Shown piece by piece: positions 30,464 through 37,673 of a DNA stretch of 37,673 nucleotides. How positions within the stretch are numbered: position 1 is the stretch's first letter; the number at the start of each line of letters is the position of its first letter. Source of the DNA: Oscillibacter sp. MSJ-31 (GTDB lineage: Bacteria; Actinomycetota; Coriobacteriia; Coriobacteriales; QAMH01). The notes under the pieces were generated by a model, which saw nothing but the letters and a program-made list of their open reading frames with translations, did not search any database and was not told the origin of the DNA. A program made the position numbers and the translations under genes. The DNA lies in contig CAVFDV010000003.1 of NCBI GenBank assembly GCA_963621315.1, positions 1-37,673 on the forward strand, given 5' to 3'.

Positions 30464-33400
30464 TCACACACGGGCCTTCTCGCGCAAGTCGGCATAGAGC
30501 CATGCCCGCGTGCAGGGCGCGCCGTCCGCATCGCGCGCCGTGTCGTCGTGCGCCTCGTCGGTGAACGGCCCGAAGCGGATGGCATGCGGCTGGCCGCCCG
30601 GGCCCGTGTCGTCGAGGAAGACAAAGGAAAGCTCCACGTGCGAGAACCCCTGCGCGAGCAGGGCGCATGCGTAGCTTTCGGCCTGCGTGGCAAAGTGCGC
30701 GGCGCGCGCGTCGTCGTCCATGTCGCGATAGCCCGTCTTGTAGTCCACGACCCGCGCCGTGCCGTGCCCGGGCTCGTCGTAGGCGAGCAAGTCGATGAAG
30801 CCGCGCAGGTACGGCGCCTCGTCATCGTCGCCCAGGCGGATGAAGAAGGGCTCCTCGCAGCGCAGGTGGGGAAAACGCGCCATCTCGCGGGCCATATCGC
30901 TTGAGGTCCAGGTGTCCATGCGGCGCCGCAGCTCCTCGGTATCGGCGCCCTCGCGCAGGCCGTGCGAGCGGGCGATCGAGGCCAGGCGCCGCGCGGGCAG
31001 GGCGGGTATGGCGCCGTCTTCGCCCCTGTGCATCGCGGCAAACCGGGCGCATGCGTGGAAGGCCTCGCCGCGCAGGTTCGCCGCCGCGCGCGCCTGCGCA
31101 TCCAGAGCGCCGGCCGCCCCGCCGGCTTCACCCGCAGCCCCGCCGGGCGCGCCCGCGACCCCGTCGTCGGTTTCACCTGCGGCCCCGCCTGGTGCCGTCT
31201 GCGCGTCCGGCGCGTCGTCGGGCGCGGGCACGAGCGCATGCCCACCGCCGCCGGCGCCGCTGTCCCCTTTCTCCTCGGGCCCTGCCTCGTCGCAGGCGGC
31301 GTCGAAGAAATCCGGCACCTCGTCGTCTTCTTCCAGACGCGCAAGAGACGAGGCGCTGAAGACGTCTGCGTTGCGCATGGAGGCATACGGCCAGTTGCTG
31401 CGCGGGCGCTGGGGCAGCTGGTCGAGCACGATGAAGTCGCACTCGCCGTCCATGCTCTCGCCCGTGCCCTCGCCGCCGCGCGCCGCATCGGCGCCGTCCC
31501 CTTCACCATCTTCGCCGTCTGCGCCGACGACCTCGTAGCGGTACTCCCAGCGCTCGGCGATCCGGCTTTCCGCCGCGACGATGCGCTCTTGCACGCCCTT
31601 CGGGACCGCCGCCTCGCCGCTTGCCTTCACCTGCGCCCTCATGCACACGAGCAGCGCCTCTTCCGCGCGCGTGAACGCGACGTAGAGCTTGCGCTCCAGC
31701 TCGGCGTCGTCTGCCGCCCGCGCATGGGCGACCAGACCCGCGCGGAAACGCGCGGCATCGAGGGCATACGCGCTTTCCAGGTCCTCCGCACTACTTGCGC
31801 CGCCCGCGACGTCCGCGCTGTCGGCGCCGCCTGCACCGCCTACACCGCCGGCAGCACCTGTGGCATCCGCGCCGTCTGCGCCATCCGCACCCCAAGCGCC
31901 GTCCCCCTCGTCCGGCCATATGCAGCGCCGCGCGCGCTCGTCGCTGATGGGCTCTTGCTCGCATGCGAGCAATTCGAGCATCTTCTCCGTCGAGCGGCAC
32001 TCGAACTTCCGCGTCGTCTCGTAGTCGTCGGCAGAGACCCCGGGGTCGAGCACGGCGCATTGCCACACCTTGCCCCGCGCGTCTGCCATGCCCTCCGAGA
32101 CGATGCGCGACGACCCGCTCCCGGCGCCGCTGCCGCCGAACTCGGCGACGGCGACGATGGGAAACTGCAGCCCCTTGGACGCGTGGATGGTCATCAGGCG
32201 CACGAAGTTGCTGTCCTTTGCCGACAAGGCGCCCGGCGGCTCGTCCAACGCGCTCATGCGCTGCACCATGATGGACGCGACAAGGGCCGCGTCGCAGCAG
32301 CGCTCCTCCTCGATGGCCTCGGCCATGCGCACGACCTTGAGCGCGTTGGCGAGCTTGGCGTGGTTGGCCGCACGGCGCGCCGGGTCGCGCTTCGCCCCGT
32401 CTTCCAGCCGCGTCACCCAGCCGGACTCGTAAAGCACGTCGACGAGCAGCTTTGAAAGCGGATCGCGCCCTATGCGCGCACGCGCGCGGGCGAGGACACG
32501 CCGCGCCTGCCGCACGCGCGCGGAAGGCTCCCCGTCGCGGTCGCGCATCTGCGTGAAGTCCGCCGGCGCCAGGCCGAAAAACGCGCTTTCCTCCACGTTG
32601 AAGACGGCCTCGCTGTCCTCACGGTTCGCGATGGCGCGCGCGAGCTGCACCACGTCCTGGGCCTCGGGCATCTTGGACAGCACCGAGCCCTTCGCCACCA
32701 CGTAGGGTATGTTGCGGCGCTGCAAGGCGGCGGCGAACACGTCCACGTTCGTCATCACCCCGAGCAAGACGGCCATGTCGCCGTAGCTGCGCCCGCCGGC
32801 CTTGTGGATCTGCTCGAAGCGCCGCGCGATCGCCTCGGCCTCGCGGCGTATGGCCTCCGCCCCTCCCCGGTAGGGGTAGCGCACGTCCAGCACGCTCACG
32901 CGCGGGCCTTCCACGCCCTCGTCGTAGCGCGCGCGCGACTCGTCGCGGCGGGCGTTCAGGCGCTGGTAGGCACCGAGGGGCCGTCCCGCCTCGTCGGTGA
33001 AGACCACGTCGGAAAAGGCGAGTATGTCCGCATGGCTGCGGTAGTTGTCGTCGAGGGCTATCTTGCTGCGCTTCGGCAGCGCGTCCACGTGCCGGTTGTA
33101 CGTGCTCACGTCCGCGCCGCGGAAACGGTAGATGCTTTGCTGCGGGTCGCCCACCACGCACAAGCGGCAGTCGTCAGGGCCTGTGAGGTGCCGGATGATG
33201 GCCAGCTGGACCGGGTCGGTGTCCTGGAACTCGTCGACCATCACCATCTTGAAGCGGTCCGCGTAGCGCGCGGCCACCTCGGGACGCGAAAGCGCGGCGC
33301 ACGCCTTCAACAGCAAATCGTCTTGGTCGAGCTGGCCGCGCATGCGCTTCATCTCGTCGAACCTGCGCAAGGCGTCGGCGGCCAAGCCGGACAGCACGCT

Positions 33401-34231
33401 TTGGAACGGCCACGCGAGCGCCAGCTCCAAGTCGAGCTGGAGCTGCGTGGAGATGGCGGGGGGCTTGGCGCCAGGCGCCGCAAGCGCGTCCGGCCCGCGG
33501 AAAAAGGCCTCGTCGAGCAGCCCGCGCACGGCGTCGCGCCATTGCATCATCTCGGGAAAGGCGCCGGCGTTTAGGTTGGGCAGCGGCGGCAAGGCGATGC
33601 GGCTGTGGATGCCCAGCTCGTCTTCGAGGCTTTGCTGCAGGTGGCGCAGCTCGGGCGCGCTCGGCGCGACGATCGCGTCCGGCCCGTCCGGGCTTTTCGC
33701 GGCCAGCGCCATGAGGTCTTGGATGCTCTTCACGACGGCCCGCGGCTTGTACTCGACGAGCAGCGCCTGCACCGCCTCGTAGGACACCGCGCCGCCCGAC
33801 AGCGCCGCGTCGATCGCCTCGCGGCGCATGCCCTCCCACTCGTCGTCGGGCACTATCTGAAAACGCGGGTCCACCCCCAGGTCGAACGCGTTTTCCCGCA
33901 AGATGCGCGAGCACACGCCGTGGATGGTCCCGATCCAGGCCTCGTCGACGAGCACCGCCTGGTCCGCACGCCCTATCTCGCGCAAGGCGGCCTTGATGCG
34001 CGAGCGCAGCTCGGCTGCCGCCTTTTCCGTGAAGGTGATGGCCATGACCTGCCCGATGTTGTCCACGATGGGGCCTTGCTGCCCGTCTTCCTGATCCGCG
34101 TCGAAGGCCTTTGCCACGCGCTCGCGCAAGGTGAAGGTCTTGCCGGAGCCGGCGCCGGCGACGACGGCGATGGACCTATCGAAGGTCTTCGCGCAGGCGA
34201 TCTGCCCGCCCTTCAGATCGGCAAAGCTCAT
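30464..34231 (-). CDS. addA: AddA-type helicase-nuclease (UvrD/PcrA-like helicase + RecB nuclease)
   Basis: Motifs AGAGSGKTFTL, VDEFQDTDPVQ, VGDPQQSIYRFRGAD and TIHASKGLQFP. The C-terminus has RGFIDLLAY..ARVVDYKTGY. ATG 34231 has GAGGAGG upstream and overlaps the addB TGA (ATGA). Confidence 0.9.
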   Translation of the reverse strand: MSFADLKGGQIACAKTFDRSIAVVAGAGSGKTFTLRERVAKAFDADQEDGQQGPIVDNIGQVMAITFTEKAAAELRSRIKAALREIGRADQAVLVDEAWIGTIHGVCSRILRENAFDLGVDPRFQIVPDDEWEGMRREAIDAALSGGAVSYEAVQALLVEYKPRAVVKSIQDLMALAAKSPDGPDAIVAPSAPELRHLQQSLEDELGIHSRIALPPLPNLNAGAFPEMMQWRDAVRGLLDEAFFRGPDALAAPGAKPPAISTQLQLDLELALAWPFQSVLSGLAADALRRFDEMKRMRGQLDQDDLLLKACAALSRPEVAARYADRFKMVMVDEFQDTDPVQLAIIRHLTGPDDCRLCVVGDPQQSIYRFRGADVSTYNRHVDALPKRSKIALDDNYRSHADILAFSDVVFTDEAGRPLGAYQRLNARRDESRARYDEGVEGPRVSVLDVRYPYRGGAEAIRREAEAIARRFEQIHKAGGRSYGDMAVLLGVMTNVDVFAAALQRRNIPYVVAKGSVLSKMPEAQDVVQLARAIANREDSEAVFNVEESAFFGLAPADFTQMRDRDGEPSARVRQARRVLARARARIGRDPLSKLLVDVLYESGWVTRLEDGAKRDPARRAANHAKLANALKVVRMAEAIEEERCCDAALVASIMVQRMSALDEPPGALSAKDSNFVRLMTIHASKGLQFPIVAVAEFGGSGAGSGSSRIVSEGMADARGKVWQCAVLDPGVSADDYETTRKFECRSTEKMLELLACEQEPISDERARRCIWPDEGDGAWGADGADGADATGAAGGVGGAGGADSADVAGGASSAEDLESAYALDAARFRAGLVAHARAADDAELERKLYVAFTRAEEALLVCMRAQVKASGEAAVPKGVQERIVAAESRIAERWEYRYEVVGADGEDGEGDGADAARGGEGTGESMDGECDFIVLDQLPQRPRSNWPYASMRNADVFSASSLARLEEDDEVPDFFDAACDEAGPEEKGDSGAGGGGHALVPAPDDAPDAQTAPGGAAGETDDGVAGAPGGAAGEAGGAAGALDAQARAAANLRGEAFHACARFAAMHRGEDGAIPALPARRLASIARSHGLREGADTEELRRRMDTWTSSDMAREMARFPHLRCEEPFFIRLGDDDEAPYLRGFIDLLAYDEPGHGTARVVDYKTGYRDMDDDARAAHFATQAESYACALLAQGFSHVELSFVFLDDTGPGGQPHAIRFGPFTDEAHDDTARDADGAPCTRAWLYADLREKARV

Positions 34232-37200
34232 GACAGCCTCCTCTCGCACGCCGTGACGGGGCAGTACACGCACACGTCTTTATCGCGCGGCTCGCGTTCG
34301 ACATGCCCCGCCTCGATGCGCTCGACCACCTGCGTGCGCACCATCTCCTCCAAGTCGGAAAGGACCTGTGCCAGGTCGGGCGCGTCGCCGCCGCCGCTTT
34401 CACCGTCGCTTCCGCCATCGCCGGCGCCGCCGCCTGCGAAAAGCGGGTATTGCACCATGCGCTTGCTCGCCTCGGGCAAGGCCTCCTTTGCCGCCGCGAC
34501 CTCGCGTGCCAAGGCGCCGCGCACGCGTATCGTGTTCGGCGTGTTGCAATAGGAGAAGTAGAGCGCGCCGACGACGCGCGAGATGCGCTTGCCGCATGCC
34601 TCGGACATGGCGCGTCGCAGCTCCTCCGATTTCGCCATCGCCGCCATGTAGAGCAGCCCCTGCACCTTCTTGCCCGCAAGGCCGTGCGACGCGTAGTCTT
34701 TCACCTTCGGCAGGTCGTACTCGGAGCCGAGCGACCCCTTGTAGTCCACGACCACGGCGTTTCCCGCATCGTCGATGTCCACGCGGTCCACGATGCCGCC
34801 AAGCCGGCAGCCGCCGAAGCGCACGTCGCACGACAGGAAGGGAAACTCGAAGAGGGCGGGCGCAAATCCCGTGCCGCGCAAGAACAAGGGCTCGCGCATG
34901 AGTATGTGCGCGACCTCGCTGCACAAATCGGCGACCTCGCTTTGCTCGATGCTGCTATCCGGCAGCGCTGCGATGCGCTTTCCGCTCTCGCGTGCGGGCT
35001 GCTCGCGCAAAAGCTCCTCGAGCACCTGCTCCATCAGCGCGCGCGCCTGCTCCATGTCCTCGGGCGCCTCCGTCAGCTTGCGCCCGAAACGCTCGTGGAA
35101 GAGCTTTAGGGCCTCGTGGATGAACGAGCCTTGCTCGAGCGGGCCGAAGCCCTCGTCGGGCACGCCCACGGACAGCCATCTCGTCACGAACCACTTGTAG
35201 GGGCATTCCAGATAGGTCTCTATCTGGGACGGGGACAATCGCAAGGGGGCATCCGGCGCCGGATCCGGCTCCGCGCCGTCCGGCCACTCGTCTTTCGGCG
35301 GGCGGCGCAGGCGGCGCAAAAAGAACTCGAGCGTATCCCCTTCGAGGCGGCGCGGCGCGTCGAGCAAGAAGCCGGGCGCGTCCGGCTCGATGACGATGTT
35401 GTCGGTGAAGCCGTCTTCGCCCTTGCTGAAAAAGGGCGTCATGCGCGCCGGCACGTTCACCCCGTCTTGCAAGACCTGCGGTATGGCGAACACGCGGTGC
35501 AAATCGTCGGTGGTGCGCGTGTCGTCTCTGTAGAGGTCGGTGAACTCCTCGAGCATGGGGCAGGGATAGGTCGGCTCGCCGTCCACGTCGTTGAGGACGC
35601 GGCTCAAGACGAGATGCTGCGAGGGCACGGCGACCAGCTCGCGCCAGGTGCGCCGCTGCCGTTCGAGGGGGCCTTCCCCGCGCGGCACGCCCAGCTTGTC
35701 GAGGAGCAAAGTGCCCGCGTCGTCGCGGCTTGCCGCCGGGTAGCTCTCGCTGTCCAGGTCGCATACCACGAGCGCCGCGCACGAGCCCGGCCCTTCCGCG
35801 GCCGCGTCGGCGAGGCTTTCCACGAAAAGGCCGGGGGCGGCAGCAGCGCTGGGCGGGTAGCTGGCATAGCGCACGACGGTCTCGGCATTCACCATCTCCT
35901 CCAGAAGGCCGTCGGACAAGAGGGCGGCCATGCTCTGCGGGGCATGCGCGGCCGGATCTTGCGCGAGCGCGCCATCGGGTGCGCCGGCGTATGCCCCATC
36001 GCCGGCGTCGGGGCTTTCACCTGCGTCTTCTGCGGAAAGCGCCGCGACTATCCCGCATGCCTGGCGGGCGAGGTCGAGGGCGCCGAGCTGCTCGGAGAGG
36101 AGCAGGGTGTCCGGGTGGGGCAGCTCGCGCAACAGCTCGGCAAAGCGCGTGAACGCCTCCGCCGTCGGATGCTCCACGAGCGCGAGCAACGCGGCAAAAC
36201 GCGGGTAGCGCTGCGAGAGGGCGGAGAAGGCGGCCTCGCGCGAGAGCAGCCTGTCCCCGCGCATCTGCGCATATGCCGCGGAGGCTTCCGCGTGGTCGAT
36301 GCCCAGCACGGGGTTGTAGAGCACGTCGGCGAGCTTTGCCTTGTCCCAGGAAAAGGCGTCCGTAGGGCCTGAGGCCACGCATTCGCTCAACTCGACGTAG
36401 GCGCGCCCGAACGAGGTCGTGCCGAAGGACTTGCCGCACCTGACGGCGCACGGGACGCCGCAGGGCGCGAAAACGGGCACAAGCTGCTCGTAGAGGGCAA
36501 GCGGGTCTGCCGAGGCCACGACGATGCGCGCGCGCGATGCCGCATCCGGGTCCTGCACGCCGCCGGCGCCAGCGCCGATCGCCGCAGAGTCCGCCACCCC
36601 AAAAACCTTGCCGCCTGCCGCATGCTCGACCTCTCCCACAAGCTCTGCCGCGACGTCGGCCACAAGCGGCGGCTGCGCATAGCGCCCGGCGGGAAAGGCG
36701 AAGCGCACGGAGGTGCCCTTCGGGGGGCGCGCGACCTCGGGGGAAAGGAGCGCGTCCAGCTCCGGGCCTTCTTTCGGCCACACGCTGCCGTCGAGGCGCA
36801 CCTGCGTGCAGGAGACGCGCCCGCGCAAGCGCTGCCAAAACTCGCGCTCGGGGGCGCGCAGGGGCGCATCGCCTATCACGCACACCGAAAGCGGTGCGGG
36901 AAAGGCAAGACCCGGGTCGGCGGCGAGCAAGGCCATCGCATGGCCCTGGCACACGAGGCCGACTTTTTTCGAGGCGAGGGTGGAAAAATAGCGCGCGCAC
37001 AAGGCGAGCAGCTCTTTTTCCGCCGGGCTGAGCGAGGGGAGGGCGGCGCGCGCCTGCGCCCGGGCCTGTGCCTGCGCCTGCACGGACTTTTCCCCCTCGC
37101 TTCCGCGCCCGGCCACGAGCGCCGGGGCGATATGCGCGAGCCGCCCGTCTTCGGCAGCGGCGGCGGCATCTCCGGCGCCGCCGGCGTTTTCAGCATCCCC

Positions 37201-37602
37201 GGCGCCCCCGGTGTCCTCGGCACCCTCGACACTCTCGGCGCCCCCGATGCCCGCCACGGCGGCCACGGCGGCGTCGAACGCGGCGAGGCCGGCGCCTGCG
37301 CGCGCGCACGAGGCGGCGGCGGAGGCAAGGCGCGGGCTCGGGCGCAAGTGTTGGAGCCGCGCGCGCCGTATGACCGCCCCCATCACAAGCGTCTCGACCA
37401 TGGAGCCGGAGATGGCGCGCCCGTCGCCGGCAAGCGCCCACATCTCGCGCAGCCAGGCGGAAAAAGTCGTCGCCTCCGTGCCGAAGACGCCGCCCGGCGC
37501 GGCAGCCGCCACCTGCTTGTTCAAGATGTCTGCCTGCGCCATCGAGGGGCACAAGACCACGTCGTATTCCTCGAACAATTGCCGTACGCGTCCGTCGTCC
37601 AT
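34228..37602 (-). CDS. addB: AddB-type helicase-nuclease subunit (no Walker A; RecB nuclease + Fe-S cysteines)
   Basis: Motifs SPSQIETYLECPYKWF.., GGIVDRVDIDDAGNAVVVDYKGS, and a C-terminal CVYCPVTAC. No GKT motif at the N-terminus. Start is ATG 37602 (GAAGGG upstream) or GTG 37611. Confidence 0.85.
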   Translation of the reverse strand: MDDGRVRQLFEEYDVVLCPSMAQADILNKQVAAAAPGGVFGTEATTFSAWLREMWALAGDGRAISGSMVETLVMGAVIRRARLQHLRPSPRLASAAASCARAGAGLAAFDAAVAAVAGIGGAESVEGAEDTGGAGDAENAGGAGDAAAAAEDGRLAHIAPALVAGRGSEGEKSVQAQAQARAQARAALPSLSPAEKELLALCARYFSTLASKKVGLVCQGHAMALLAADPGLAFPAPLSVCVIGDAPLRAPEREFWQRLRGRVSCTQVRLDGSVWPKEGPELDALLSPEVARPPKGTSVRFAFPAGRYAQPPLVADVAAELVGEVEHAAGGKVFGVADSAAIGAGAGGVQDPDAASRARIVVASADPLALYEQLVPVFAPCGVPCAVRCGKSFGTTSFGRAYVELSECVASGPTDAFSWDKAKLADVLYNPVLGIDHAEASAAYAQMRGDRLLSREAAFSALSQRYPRFAALLALVEHPTAEAFTRFAELLRELPHPDTLLLSEQLGALDLARQACGIVAALSAEDAGESPDAGDGAYAGAPDGALAQDPAAHAPQSMAALLSDGLLEEMVNAETVVRYASYPPSAAAAPGLFVESLADAAAEGPGSCAALVVCDLDSESYPAASRDDAGTLLLDKLGVPRGEGPLERQRRTWRELVAVPSQHLVLSRVLNDVDGEPTYPCPMLEEFTDLYRDDTRTTDDLHRVFAIPQVLQDGVNVPARMTPFFSKGEDGFTDNIVIEPDAPGFLLDAPRRLEGDTLEFFLRRLRRPPKDEWPDGAEPDPAPDAPLRLSPSQIETYLECPYKWFVTRWLSVGVPDEGFGPLEQGSFIHEALKLFHERFGRKLTEAPEDMEQARALMEQVLEELLREQPARESGKRIAALPDSSIEQSEVADLCSEVAHILMREPLFLRGTGFAPALFEFPFLSCDVRFGGCRLGGIVDRVDIDDAGNAVVVDYKGSLGSEYDLPKVKDYASHGLAGKKVQGLLYMAAMAKSEELRRAMSEACGKRISRVVGALYFSYCNTPNTIRVRGALAREVAAAKEALPEASKRMVQYPLFAGGGAGDGGSDGESGGGDAPDLAQVLSDLEEMVRTQVVERIEAGHVEREPRDKDVCVYCPVTACERRLS

Positions 37603-37673
37603 GCCAGACACCCTTCTTATGCCGTATCCTCCGCCGCCGCGCCACGCGGCGCTGCCTCTTCACCGTGCGCGCC

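Overview
High-G+C chromosomal segment of a Gram-positive-type organism. The gene set suggests Coriobacteriia-like Actinomycetota, but that is inference, not a search result. Most genes are minus-strand housekeeping. In order: a PRC-barrel protein, a sortase-type SpaA-repeat surface adhesin, a USP / orphan receiver / ackA operon, an orphan ABC ATPase plus a Cys-rich protein, a two-gene cassette that looks lower in G+C by eye (TPR/3TM protein + PP2C-like phosphatase), an SNF transporter, glmM, murJ, cydBA, uvrA, tRNA-Arg(CCG), an IS3-like remnant + vapBC, ppk1, a TsaB-TsaD fusion, an orphan HlyD-type adaptor, brnTA, a J-domain membrane protein and addBA. Best candidates for something new: (1) a 13-nt poly-G tract inside a short upstream ORF whose stop overlaps the adhesin start codon, which looks like a phase-variation switch; (2) the low-G+C TPR/3TM + PP2C-like pair, which matches no named system I know; (3) a (GTGCGG)8 G-quadruplex-type microsatellite between divergent promoters; (4) 32-bp perfect repeats bracketing the adhesin gene; (5) a LytTR-less receiver coupled by stop/start overlap to acetate kinase; (6) a TsaB-TsaD fusion coupled to an orphan membrane-fusion protein. 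All functional calls rest on motifs read by eye. No database search or computation was run.
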